DNA of 23,895 bases from a virus (Duplodnaviria; Heunggongvirae; Uroviricota; Caudoviricetes), in IMG/VR virus record IMGVR_UViG_2667527698_000003, one strand, 5' to 3'. The position numbers and the translations under genes are program-made. The notes beneath the pieces are model-generated. The model searched no databases. It saw only the letters and a program-made list of their open reading frames with translations, and was not told where the DNA came from. This document shows positions 1 to 8,245 of the stretch, piece after piece. Positions within the stretch are counted from its first letter, which is position 1; every line of letters starts with the position of its first letter.

Positions 1-1373
1 TCGTTAAGCTTGACGATTTTCCCGTTTTCATCACGGTGATAGAGGCGGAACTCCTCAAAGAATGGCTCACAGGTGTTGAATACTTTGAAGCGACCATCGA
101 GCATCATGTCGCGCAATTCAGTGATGCCAGGCTCCACAGCGTTACCGCCATCAGGCCATGTCGCATGCTCCTGCAACATCATAAAACCAGCGTCGGCATA
201 CTGCCCTTTGAGCTGCTCACCGCCGCCCTTCTCATGCTGGTTTCCGTCATGAGGCCATGCGGTTGGCACTTTATGCGCCCATGATTTAACGGCTCCCCAT
301 GCCTGAACGGCTGTTTTTTCTTTCGCCTTCCACACGCGTGAAACGTAGATTGTGTCTGCGTCCTTATCCCACCAAAGCTGAACCTGCGCCTGTGGGTGAT
401 CCCATCCGAAATCCATCCCGCCAATTACGTAGAAGTGATCAGGACACTCGAACGGCTGACACTTAATTGTCTCTTCCGGTATCTGGAAGATTCGACCACT
501 ACCCATCGTAGGAATACCACGAGCACGTGCCTCTCTCTCATGCTCGGGATAGGATGCGATGATTTGCTCTTTCTGCTCGTCGGTGTAGTGCTCTGCGTCA
601 TAGATGGTCATGTTGACCACTTTCTGCGACTTGCTGGGATTCTTCAGGAACTTGGTAACAACGTCAGACATCCCCATCAGCGGGGTAAACGTCAGAATTG
701 AGAATTGCCCGTATTTGTTGGTACGGGTAAGACCTTCGCCATAAATGCTGTATGGTGGTTCTTCGTCAAACCACACGCCGTGGATTGTGTCACCCTGCCA
801 GCGAGCGCGGCCTTGCGAGTATGGTTTGAAGTAGCAGATTGAAATGCCATCTTCAACGCCATCAGCCGTGTGATGCTTAACCAGAAGATGATCAACAAGG
901 TTCGGAAAGAAAGGAGACTTCTTCCAGCTAATGATGTCTTCTTTCGGTATTGAACCGTAGCCAGGCTCATCATTCTCTTCGATACGACCGCACAGGATAC
1001 GTTGAGTCGTTTTGGTTACAGTCTCGTTTGTCTCGCCGCCAATCCAGAAGACAACAGGCTCATAGAAACGCTTACCTTTCCACTCTCCGCCATATTTACC
1101 ATCAGCAGGATAGCCTTTTGTGCCCGGATAACGCCCGGTAAGGTGAAACGCGACTTCAGCAGCCCCAGTAAATGACTTACCAAGCTGGTTACCAGCCATA
1201 AAACAGCGCTCTGGATAGTCATGCCCGGCGTCGATGAACTCACGCTGTTTGCTGTATGGCGTAAATTCATATAGCAGGTGTGTGTTCCGGTAGTTCTCTT
1301 CTTCTTCGAGTAGCTCGAGCAATTCTATTTGCTCTTCGTCGCTCAAGTTATCAAGAATCGCGTCCAGTTCCAC
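1..1373 (-). CDS. Terminase large subunit (P22 gp2-like), 3' end runs off window; probable GTG start at 1373
   Basis: Minus-strand frame open from 1373 to position 1 (absent from ORF track because no stop in window); translation [28 protein letters not shown]...[33 protein letters not shown]... has TerL ATPase-like motifs; AAGGAG 10 nt upstream of GTG; start overlaps terS stop. Confidence 0.8.
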   Translation of the reverse strand, partial: MELDAILDNLSDEEQIELLELLEEEENYRNTHLLYEFTPYSKQREFIDAGHDYPERCFMAGNQLGKSFTGAAEVAFHLTGRYPGTKGYPADGKYGGEWKGKRFYEPVVFWIGGETNETVTKTTQRILCGRIEENDEPGYGSIPKEDIISWKKSPFFPNLVDHLLVKHHTADGVEDGISICYFKPYSQGRARWQGDTIHGVWFDEEPPYSIYGEGLTRTNKYGQFSILTFTPLMGMSDVVTKFLKNPSKSQKVVNMTIYDAEHYTDEQKEQIIASYPEHEREARARGIPTMGSGRIFQIPEETIKCQPFECPDHFYVIGGMDFGWDHPQAQVQLWWDKDADTIYVSRVWKAKEKTAVQAWGAVKSWAHKVPTAWPHDGNQHEKGGGEQLKGQYADAGFMMLQEHATWPDGGNAVEPGITELRDMMLDGRFKVFNTCEPFFEEFRLYHRDENGKIVKLN

Positions 1374-1839
1374 GGTTGAATAGCTCCTTGATACGAGAGC
1401 GTCGCTTATCGCGATCTCCCTTATCAGGTGTCACGTCTTCAACTTGCGACTGCTCTTTGAGGCCCAAATCACGGGCGATGATGTTAGCGTTGAGAAGGTC
1501 AGCGGCTGCGCCAGAGAATTTCTGGTCGTAGATGATGTCTTCCGCTCGTGATGTGACGTCAGAAAAACCTTCCATTGACCGGAAGGTTCCCCATGTTTGC
1601 CTGGTGATATCAAGGAAGGTACACAATCCTGAAATAGTCATGGCTCGCATCTTAGGGACATTAGCCTTAATTATTTCTCCCTGATATGAAAATACCTTAC
1701 CCTCCCATAGCGGGTTATCATCAGCCCACTCGAAGTATTCACAACAAGCAGCCCACAGCGCCTCAGGCGATTCGAATTTAGGGTTTCGCCCATGACTACT
1801 GCGGGCCTCCCAAAATCGGTTGCCCTTTGGTGCTGCCAT
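1351..1839 (-). CDS. Terminase small subunit (P22 gp3-like)
   Basis: ORF 1351..1845; product [38 protein letters not shown]... recalled as P22 gp3; start taken at second ATG (1839). Confidence 0.8.
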   Translation of the reverse strand: MAAPKGNRFWEARSSHGRNPKFESPEALWAACCEYFEWADDNPLWEGKVFSYQGEIIKANVPKMRAMTISGLCTFLDITRQTWGTFRSMEGFSDVTSRAEDIIYDQKFSGAAADLLNANIIARDLGLKEQSQVEDVTPDKGDRDKRRSRIKELFNRGTGRDS

Positions 1840-1862
1840 ATTCATCTCACTTAATCGTTATT

Positions 1863-2042
1863 TCAGGTTAAGGACTCTTTCGCGCCTTCAATCAGTGACT
1901 GCTTCAGCAATTCGAGTGTACCAATCGCCTCGCATAAACTGATTTCACCATCATAATCATGAATAACGCTTTCAAGCCGCTCGTATAGCTCTTGAGTAAT
2001 TGGGAATTTCTTCTCCTTACCCAAATTGATTACGCGGCTCAC
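1863..2042 (-). CDS. Hypothetical small protein (59 aa, GTG start)
   Basis: Open frame between the 80-aa ORF and terS, GGAG 6 nt upstream of GTG; below ORF-track length cutoff. Confidence 0.3.
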   Translation of the reverse strand: MSRVINLGKEKKFPITQELYERLESVIHDYDGEISLCEAIGTLELLKQSLIEGAKESLT

Positions 2043-2043
2043 A

Positions 2044-2286
2044 TCATGCTCCGGTAGTAAACAGGTCTAACGCTTCCTTCGATTTACGCACCGCTTCGAT
2101 AGTTCGGGTCGTGATATCTGAATTAGCGCCACCTGACTGGAAGTGAATTTTGAATAGCTCAAGCTTCAGCTCGTCAGTGCCAATGAACTGAAATGCTTCT
2201 TCTGCGGCTGCGTTCTGGTTCATGACCAGTTTGTAAATCTCTAACTGGAATTTCTGTTCTTCAGTCATGGGAATAATCTCTGCCAT
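2044..2286 (-). CDS. Hypothetical protein (80 aa)
   Basis: ORF track; GGAG 6 nt upstream of ATG; same orientation as late operon. Confidence 0.5.
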   Translation of the reverse strand: MAEIIPMTEEQKFQLEIYKLVMNQNAAAEEAFQFIGTDELKLELFKIHFQSGGANSDITTRTIEAVRKSKEALDLFTTGA

Positions 2287-2534
2287 TGTTGGCTCCGTTT
2301 ATCCGTTAAAAGGGATATCAGTTAAGTTATCCCGTGTAGGGTATAAGCCATTGTCGAGACCACTCATTGAATGGTCTCTGCAATAACCGATGTCTTTCCA
2401 TCAGTCCGCCACCACAAAGAATCTTTTTTTGCCATAAGGCAGGAGGTTCATCTTTCAGTGGCTGCCAGTGTTATTTCCCCACTTACTGGCTTGGGTTGTT
2501 TCGCTGTACTGCCGTTAATTAGTGAGTCCGGGGA

Positions 2535-3020
2535 TTATTTCAGTTCGTTACCAGGCATTTCTTTTAGCTCTTTCAAATGACAACGATTGAGGCTAAACCA
2601 CTCCCCGTGCGACCTATAGTTGTAATATTTTTGGTGCAATTTGGTTTCAAGCTCTCTATCGGCCGGAATCTTTGCAATTAGATTTAGCTTCCCACCACTC
2701 ATGCGAGATATCTCTGAAATTCGTTTATTAACCCTGCGACTAAACCCTATTTTTGTTAGCCCACTATCTTCAGCATGCAGAACGTACACATATGATTTTT
2801 GCGAAGCACTGGGTGCGACTTTGTTGTAATTAATCATGTCAAACATAAAGCCTTGCTTTAGCAAAGTTTCAAAAAAGATAGAATTAACACACCCATTCCT
2901 TCTCAGCTCTGCACTTAGCTTGTCAATTTCCTCTATGATGTCGCCAGACCCCTTTCCACTTATAAGAAAATCTTGGTACATGCGACCAATTCTTGAGGTA
3001 ATTTCAACAAAGTTATTCAT
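2535..3020 (-). CDS. T5orf172 / GIY-YIG-like domain protein (161 aa), accessory gene
   Basis: C-terminal half YVYVLHAEDSGLTKIGFSRRVNKRISE...HGEWF matches the GIY-x10-YIG / Arg / Glu pattern; N-terminal ~65 aa unassigned; region AT-rich by eye. Confidence 0.6.
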   Translation of the reverse strand: MNNFVEITSRIGRMYQDFLISGKGSGDIIEEIDKLSAELRRNGCVNSIFFETLLKQGFMFDMINYNKVAPSASQKSYVYVLHAEDSGLTKIGFSRRVNKRISEISRMSGGKLNLIAKIPADRELETKLHQKYYNYRSHGEWFSLNRCHLKELKEMPGNELK

Positions 3021-3163
3021 AGCGTTTACCTTTTAGAAAGATGAGCCTGTTCGCACAGAAAAGCCGCCCCCGAGATGGTCGCCACCATATACGGCAATTC
3101 TCAGGCTCAGCTTTCTGAAAGACTCGGGATTGTTACGCGCTGCGATGCGCGGTTTACTGCAGA

Positions 3164-3191
3164 TGTAAAAAAGCCCCGCAAATGCGAGGCT
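3164..3191 (-). terminator. Rho-independent terminator-like hairpin downstream of Rz
   Basis: Minus-strand agcctcgcatttgcggggct (8-bp stem) followed by TTTTTT. Confidence 0.5.
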
Positions 3192-3364
3192 AAATCCTGG
3201 TATTTGTAATGACTGGCTCTTATCTCAACGCAGCCCCTTACCGCGCGCCAGATGCTCAATATCAAGCATCAGCAATGAGATGTTTAATCTGGATTCACTC
3301 CAGAAGTGATCATCACCCTGTCTACAGAGCCAGATGTGAAGGATGATGAGTAAAATTATCGCTA

Positions 3365-3802
3365 TCATCGAAGGCATTGCGTCCTGATGTACTCCTGCAG
3401 GTAGTTAACCTGCGCGGTTATCCTGTCGATTCCGCTTCGTAGACGGTAATAATTGAGTTCAGCATCTGCTGTAAGTCTTGGGCTTTCTCCATCGCCCATG
3501 CTGCTGGCTCCGGTCGTTGACTTTGCACAGGTGGCGGCGACTTGCAGGCGCTTACGCCCAGCAGAAACATCAGCACGGAGACTTTCGATAGTCGCGTTAG
3601 CATCAGCAAGCTCCTTTGTATATCTGGCATCGAGTTCTGCTACATCACGTTGACGCTTCTGCATGTCAGCAATTGTGGATGCGGCCTTATCGCGCTGCTC
3701 TTTGTAGGCGATGGCGTTATCACGGTAGTGATTAACAGCCCATGACAGGCAAACGATGATGCAGATAACCAGAGCGGAGATAATCGCGGTTACTTTGCTC
3801 AT
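3365..3802 (-). CDS. Rz: Rz i-spanin
   Basis: Product [31 protein letters not shown]... resembles lambda Rz; start overlaps R stop. Confidence 0.85.
   Translation of the reverse strand: MSKVTAIISALVICIIVCLSWAVNHYRDNAIAYKEQRDKAASTIADMQKRQRDVAELDARYTKELADANATIESLRADVSAGRKRLQVAATCAKSTTGASSMGDGESPRLTADAELNYYRLRSGIDRITAQVNYLQEYIRTQCLR
3418..3603 (-). CDS. Rz1: Rz1 o-spanin (embedded in +1 frame of Rz)
   Basis: Embedded ORF with lipoprotein-like signal [10 protein letters not shown] and proline-rich stretch; start chosen at MLTRL (61 aa). Confidence 0.6.
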   Translation of the reverse strand: MLTRLSKVSVLMFLLGVSACKSPPPVQSQRPEPAAWAMEKAQDLQQMLNSIITVYEAESTG

Positions 3803-4275
3803 ACCTCAATCTCTCTGACCGTTCCGCCTGCCTCTTTGAATTTTGCAATCAGGCTGTCAGCCTTATGCTCGAACTGACCATAACCAGCGCCAGGCAGTGA
3901 AGCCCAGATATTGCTGCAACGGTCGATAGCCTGACGAATATCACCGCGATCAATCATCGGTAAAGCGCCACGCTCTTTAATCTGTTGCAGTGCCACAGCG
4001 TCCTGGCTTTTCGGAGAGAAGTCTTTCAGGCCAAGCTGCTTACGGTAGGCATCCCACCAACGGGAAAGAAGCTGGTAGCGTCCGGCGGCTGTTGATTTGA
4101 GTTTCGGATTTAGCGTGACAAGTTTGCGAGGGTGATCAGAGTAATCAGTGAATAGCTCTCCGCCAACAATGACGTCATAACCATGATTTCTGGTTTTTTG
4201 ACGTCCGTTATCAGTTCCCTCTGACCACGCCAGCATATCGAGGAACGCCTTACGTTGATTATTGATTTCCACCAT
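3799..4275 (-). CDS. R: Endolysin R (lambda-type lytic transglycosylase)
   Basis: 158 aa, [35 protein letters not shown]... near-identical to remembered lambda R. Confidence 0.9.
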   Translation of the reverse strand: MVEINNQRKAFLDMLAWSEGTDNGRQKTRNHGYDVIVGGELFTDYSDHPRKLVTLNPKLKSTAAGRYQLLSRWWDAYRKQLGLKDFSPKSQDAVALQQIKERGALPMIDRGDIRQAIDRCSNIWASLPGAGYGQFEHKADSLIAKFKEAGGTVREIEV

Positions 4276-4582
4276 CTTCTACTCCGGCTTTTTTAGCAGC
4301 GAAGCGTTTGATAAGCGAACCAATCGAGTCAGTACCGATGTAGCCGATAAACACGCTCGTTATATAAGCGAGATTGCTACTTAGTCCGGCGAAGTCGAGA
4401 AGGTCACGAATGAACCAGGCGATAATGGCGCACATCGTTGCGTCGATTACTGTTTTTGTAAACGCACCGCCATTATATCTGCCGCGAAGGTACGCCATTG
4501 CAAACGCAAGGATTGCCCCGATGCCTTGTTCCTTTGCCGCGAGAATGGCGGCTAACAGGTCATTTTTTTCTGGCATCTTCAT
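4259..4582 (-). CDS. S: Holin/antiholin S (dual-start MKM motif)
   Basis: 107 aa, [34 protein letters not shown]... lambda S-like. Confidence 0.9.
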   Translation of the reverse strand: MKMPEKNDLLAAILAAKEQGIGAILAFAMAYLRGRYNGGAFTKTVIDATMCAIIAWFIRDLLDFAGLSSNLAYITSVFIGYIGTDSIGSLIKRFAAKKAGVEDGGNQ

Positions 4583-4824
4583 GTCTTACCCCCAATAAGG
4601 GGATTTGCTCTATTTAATTAGGAATATGGTCGGTTACTGATAGAACAAATCCAGGCTACTGTGTTGAGTAATCAGATTTGTTCGTGACCGATATGCACGG
4701 GCAAAACGGCAGGAGGTTGTTAGCGCGACCTCCTGCCACCCACTTTCACGAAGGTCATGTGTAGAAGGCCGCAGCGTAACTATCACTGATGAATTCAGGA
4801 TAGCCAGTGGCTACGGCTCAGTTA

Positions 4825-4900
4825 TGGTGCTGGTTAACGGACTTGAACCGCTACCCATTCGCTTACAAGGCGACTGCTCTACCATTGGAGCTAAACCAGC
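4825..4900 (-). tRNA. Phage tRNA, anticodon UGU (Thr) by manual folding
   Basis: 76-nt cloverleaf on minus strand: 7-bp acceptor GCTGGTT/AACCAGC, D-arm GCTC..GAGC, anticodon loop CTTGTAA, T-loop TTCAAGT, 3' CCA. Confidence 0.6.
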
Positions 4901-4905
4901 ATGTT

Positions 4906-4980
4906 TGGCGGGACAGCGTGGACTCGAACCACGATAAGAAGGTTAACAGCCTTCCGTAATGACCTTTATACGACTGACCC
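4906..4980 (-). tRNA. Phage tRNA, anticodon GUU (Asn) by manual folding
   Basis: 75-nt cloverleaf: anticodon stem GAAGG/CCTTC, loop CTGTTAA, T-arm CGTGG-TTCGAGT-CCACG, 3' CCA; one T-T mismatch in acceptor stem. Confidence 0.6.
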
Positions 4981-5027
4981 AAATAAAAAAAGCCACCGTT
5001 GCAACTTAAGAGTCACTAACGGCAGCT
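4981..5027 (-). terminator. tR'-like terminator just downstream of late promoter
   Basis: Minus-strand hairpin agctgccgtt...aacggtggct followed by TTTTTTTATTT. Confidence 0.5.
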
Positions 5028-5030
5028 TAC

Positions 5031-5066
5031 CCTCTAATTATGGCTAAATGGCTAATTGCATGTCAA
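5031..5066 (-). promoter_or_regulatory. Late promoter pR'-like (sigma70), -35 inside Q 3' end
   Basis: Minus strand TTGACA (5061..5066) - 18 nt - CATAAT (5037..5042), straddling the Q stop codon. Confidence 0.55.
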
Positions 5067-5562
5067 GGCTTTTAACGGCAACATGCTTAACTTTCTCAAC
5101 ACGTTTACGCATTTTGAAAGCATTTTGCATTGGTTGGTACAAAACAAATAACGACGCTTTCAGGATGTCGTCAATTTCATTTCTACAGGTTGCCAGTGAA
5201 GGTTTTCTCCATCCCTCACCACCACGCCCACACATCTTGCGTGGCTTTGCAGTCGCGTGATAGTAGGATGCAATTGCTCGCTTAGATGAACCATGAGCGT
5301 AGTAGCTGAGGAGGATGCCAAAGGCTTTCTTGTCAATGTACATGACGGAATCGACGACCTGAGAAATCAACATTCCATCATCATCATTACACATTGGCCT
5401 TGTCATAACTCTTCCCGGCTCTACGCTCTCCATGAACTTCGCTATTACGCTGCTCATGCGCTTTTCCAGGCGACCTGAGTAAACCCATGCACCCCACAGT
5501 TCAAGCCAGCCATTCAGCCAATCGTGCTGTTCTTTGGTGAGGTTTAGTTCTCTTATGCTCAT
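5044..5562 (-). CDS. Q: Late antiterminator Q (QuuD/phage 82-type)
   Basis: 172 aa; motifs ELWGAW and RPMCNDDDGM resemble DLP12 QuuD family; located upstream of pR'/lysis. Confidence 0.65.
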   Translation of the reverse strand: MSIRELNLTKEQHDWLNGWLELWGAWVYSGRLEKRMSSVIAKFMESVEPGRVMTRPMCNDDDGMLISQVVDSVMYIDKKAFGILLSYYAHGSSKRAIASYYHATAKPRKMCGRGGEGWRKPSLATCRNEIDDILKASLFVLYQPMQNAFKMRKRVEKVKHVAVKSLDMQLAI

Positions 5563-5747
5563 CGTCTTCCCCTCTTGCCCTGTTTGACCATCAGGACGCC
5601 GTTAACTATTACGTGACGCTCGCCTTTGCTGTCTCGGTTGTACTTGAGCACTGTTCCTCTTGCGCAGGAAAGCATCCTCGCCACTTCGGTCTGATTTCCT
5701 CGTGTCTGGATAAGAAGCTCTGGTATCGTTTGAATTGTGGCGTTCAT
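5559..5747 (-). CDS. ninH: NinH-like protein
   Basis: 62 aa, TIPELLIQTRGNQTEVARMLSCARGTVLKY similar to remembered lambda NinH. Confidence 0.7.
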   Translation of the reverse strand: MNATIQTIPELLIQTRGNQTEVARMLSCARGTVLKYNRDSKGERHVIVNGVLMVKQGKRGRR

Positions 5748-6106
5748 ACGTTCTCCAGTTCGGTGATTTTTATTCCAAGCCGTCCGCCTGGTACTTTCAC
5801 ACCACGAATTACGCGAATGTCATCGAATTGCTCGTCGTCTTCCGCAAATCCGGCGTGGATAAGGGAATCGAGTAAACCTTTCAGGATGTTATCGAGGTCG
5901 CGGCGGCGGGAGTCTGGAACGTCTGCGATGACTTTGATGCGGAGTCGTGATTTGGTGAAAATGTCTAACTTGAGTTGGCGGATGATTTTCTGAACGTCTT
6001 TTCGGTATTTCTGGCCTTTATCGCTGATGTAGTATTGGCTTCCCCGTCTTCGCCAGTAGGTGTTCACCGACGGCGGGTATGGAAGCACAAACTGATATTC
6101 GTTCAT
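5744..6106 (-). CDS. rusA: RusA Holliday-junction resolvase
   Basis: 120 aa, LPYPPSVNTYW...RRRDLDN...GGRL resembles E. coli RusA. Confidence 0.85.
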   Translation of the reverse strand: MNEYQFVLPYPPSVNTYWRRRGSQYYISDKGQKYRKDVQKIIRQLKLDIFTKSRLRIKVIADVPDSRRRDLDNILKGLLDSLIHAGFAEDDEQFDDIRVIRGVKVPGGRLGIKITELENV

Positions 6107-6393
6107 GGCTTAATCTTCCCCTCCTTCAGCAGTATCGCCTGCGTCCTGATCACGCCTTCGAGGTGGTAAAGTCTGGCGTCTTTGTTGTCGAGATTATGGG
6201 TGCGTCGGTCGATTTCATCGTGACACGCGCTACAAGCCCATGCGCCGATCAGGTCGTCAGGCTTCATTCCCGTTCCGCAAATTCCAGCCATCCGGTAATG
6301 TGCCAGAACTGTAGTTTCAGGATTGCCATTGCATACGCCGTAAATACGCACCTGACATTCTCTTCCGCGCGCTTCTTTGCGTAGATTAGCCAT
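6103..6393 (-). CDS. YbcO-like (DUF1364) zinc-binding putative nuclease
   Basis: Start taken at MANLRKEARGRECQVRIYGVCNGNPETTVLAHY...CSACHDEIDRRTH (96 aa), like DLP12 YbcO. Confidence 0.7.
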   Translation of the reverse strand: MANLRKEARGRECQVRIYGVCNGNPETTVLAHYRMAGICGTGMKPDDLIGAWACSACHDEIDRRTHNLDNKDARLYHLEGVIRTQAILLKEGKIKP

Positions 6394-6691
6394 TTGCCAG
6401 CTCCTTCTGTTGCTCATCTTCGTGAGAGAAGTCTTCTCCGTCGATTGGCATGAGTTCATCACTGTAAAAATAAGAGAAACCACCTGAAGGCTCGTTTGTA
6501 TAAATCGATACATCGCCTTTAACTAGCCACCCAGGGGTGTCATCACGCCAACTATGCTTACCTGCACCAGGAAAATTAAATACATATCCGTTTGTTACTT
6601 TTTCGATTAACTCAACGCATCTGCCAATTTCGGGTTTGTTTTCTGAAAAAATGACTATTGCGATGCCACCTGCGCGTAACTCACTCATCAT
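6386..6691 (-). CDS. Hypothetical nin-region protein (101 aa)
   Basis: ORF track; start overlaps NinF stop. Confidence 0.5.
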   Translation of the reverse strand: MMSELRAGGIAIVIFSENKPEIGRCVELIEKVTNGYVFNFPGAGKHSWRDDTPGWLVKGDVSIYTNEPSGGFSYFYSDELMPIDGEDFSHEDEQQKELANG

Positions 6692-6854
6692 CTTCCTCCA
6701 GCATTTGTCCGTTAGGGTCTGCCATTAACTCTGCGCAGCAGTGCTCACACACGTGAACTTCCAGCACATGCAGCTTCTGACCGCAGTTAGCGCACGTTAA
6801 AGCTCGCTCGACGCTTTCTTTCTGGTATTGAAGGGATTGGGATGGGCTAAGCAT
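6681..6854 (-). CDS. ninF: NinF-like protein (57 aa; below ORF-track cutoff)
   Basis: Manual translation MLSPSQSLQYQKESVERALTCANCGQKLHVLEVHVCEHCCAELMADPNGQMLEEDDE matches remembered lambda NinF. Confidence 0.75.
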   Translation of the reverse strand: MLSPSQSLQYQKESVERALTCANCGQKLHVLEVHVCEHCCAELMADPNGQMLEEDDE

Positions 6855-7218
6855 TATTGGATTCTCTGCATCATGAGAAAGACAATCATGGCGGCGCGAA
6901 GGGGATTTTCATGTATAGCTCGCTTAGATTTACGGTAGGTCACACCGCGTGCACCCCACTCGTCTTCATCGAGATTGATAATGCTAATCCTGTATTTTTC
7001 AATAATCGGCCATGCGTCTGCTGGGTTTGCGCATGGGTTAAAGGATCCGCGCTCAACCTCTACTTCAACTGCGTCTCCGTTTACAATGTCTCCCTCAAAT
7101 GAGATAAACACCATCGCGCCATTCTTACCTTCTTTGTAATCCGGTGATCCGTTATGAATGGCTTCGAATACCGCCACGTTAATTTCAAAATCACTTAACT
7201 GTGAATAATCCATTGTCA
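6854..7218 (-). CDS. NinX-like protein
   Basis: ORF 6854..7255; start taken at MTMDYSQ (7218), overlapping the NinE stop (ATGA). Confidence 0.5.
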
Positions 7219-7391
7219 TTTCCTCGCACGATTTCTTAGCCACCGGATATCCCACAGGTGAGCCGTGTAGTTGAAGGTTTTTACGTCAGATTCTTTTGGG
7301 ATTGGCTTGCGTTTATTTCTGGAGCGCTTCGTTGGAAGGTATTTGCAGTTTTCGCAGATTATGTCGGTGATACTTCGTCGCTGTCTCGCCA
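7215..7391 (-). CDS. ninE: NinE-like protein (58 aa, GTG start; below ORF-track cutoff)
   Basis: Manual translation (V)[57 protein letters not shown]; AAGGAGG upstream of GTG. Confidence 0.7.
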
Positions 7392-7532
7392 CACGTCCTC
7401 CTTTTCCTGCGGTAGTGGTAACACCCCTGTTGGTGTTCTTTCACACCGGAGACACCATCGATTCCAGTAAGGTTGATTTGGTCGGAAGCGGTTATCTTCT
7501 TTGCATTCACCGCACCGATAACATCGCATCAT
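7359..7532 (-). CDS. NinD-like small zinc-finger protein
   Basis: [16 protein letters not shown]...CLRCE (CxxC x2); start overlaps NinB stop. Confidence 0.5.
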   Translation of the reverse strand: MMRCYRCGECKEDNRFRPNQPYWNRWCLRCERTPTGVLPLPQEKEDVWRDSDEVSPT

Positions 7533-7969
7533 GCTGCCCTGTCTCCCCATCTTGCTTTCCACTCCAGAGCCAGTCGCGCTTCGTCTGACCACTTAACGCC
7601 ACGCTCTGTACCGAATGCCTGTATAAGCTCTAATAACTCCGCAAATTCGCTTACACGCATCCTGCTGGTTGACTGGCCTATTACCACAAAGCCATTCCCG
7701 GCAAGGTTAGGAACAACGTCCTGCTGCTTTAATGCTGCGGTAAACACACACTTCCAGCTTTCTGCATCCAGCCAGCGACCATGCCATTCAACCTGACGAG
7801 AGACGTCACCAAGGCAAGCCCAAAGCTTCCGATTCTGGTCTAAGCTGCGGTTGCGCTCCTGAATGATCACTACGATTGGCTTGGTTGGGTCTGGAAGGAT
7901 TTGCTGTACTGCGTGAATAGCGTTTTGCTGATGTGCTGGAGATCGAATTTCAAAGGTTAGTTTTTTCAT
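7529..7969 (-). CDS. ninB: NinB (Orf-family recombination mediator)
   Basis: 146 aa, [34 protein letters not shown]... NinB-like. Confidence 0.85.
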   Translation of the reverse strand: MKKLTFEIRSPAHQQNAIHAVQQILPDPTKPIVVIIQERNRSLDQNRKLWACLGDVSRQVEWHGRWLDAESWKCVFTAALKQQDVVPNLAGNGFVVIGQSTSRMRVSEFAELLELIQAFGTERGVKWSDEARLALEWKARWGDRAA

Positions 7970-8162
7970 GACTCCCCTCTCTAACAGATTTCAGGTTATT
8001 CCACTCCGTTACCGCACTGCGATAATTCGCGGCCGCCACAGCGGCATGGTTAGCGCAGTAGATTTGGCACCCGTTCTCCATGTCGAATATTGTCGGTGAT
8101 TTTCCGCATTTACATTTTTTGGCATGCGGTGCGTCTGAACACATTCCGTTAACGGTGTCCAT
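7950..8162 (-). CDS. Small Cys-rich (zinc-ribbon-like) protein, 70 aa
   Basis: ORF track; CKCG...CQIYC; GAGGGGG RBS; 3' end overlaps NinB start. Confidence 0.5.
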   Translation of the reverse strand: MDTVNGMCSDAPHAKKCKCGKSPTIFDMENGCQIYCANHAAVAAANYRSAVTEWNNLKSVREGSHEKTNL

Positions 8163-8184
8163 CAGAAGCCCCCTCGTTCTTAAT

Positions 8185-8217
8185 CCAATAAAAAAGGGCT
8201 ACTGTGTAAATAGCCCC
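8185..8217 (-). terminator. tR2-like rho-independent terminator between helicase and nin region
   Basis: Minus-strand hairpin gggcta..tagccc followed by TTTTTTATT. Confidence 0.6.
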
Positions 8218-8245
8218 TGTTATTATCTCAGTGATGTAGATGTCA

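Noticed and set aside
36-1270. Six short ORFs (36..284+, 179..424-, 396..701+, 692..973-, 950..1141+, 1016..1270-)
   Set aside because: All lie inside the long minus-strand terminase large-subunit frame; their translations are low-complexity and frame-shifted relative to the real gene.
4741-4824. Possible third tRNA between tRNA-Thr and the 10-bp hairpin
   Set aside because: No acceptor/T-arm arrangement could be folded; only an EcoRI-centred palindrome.
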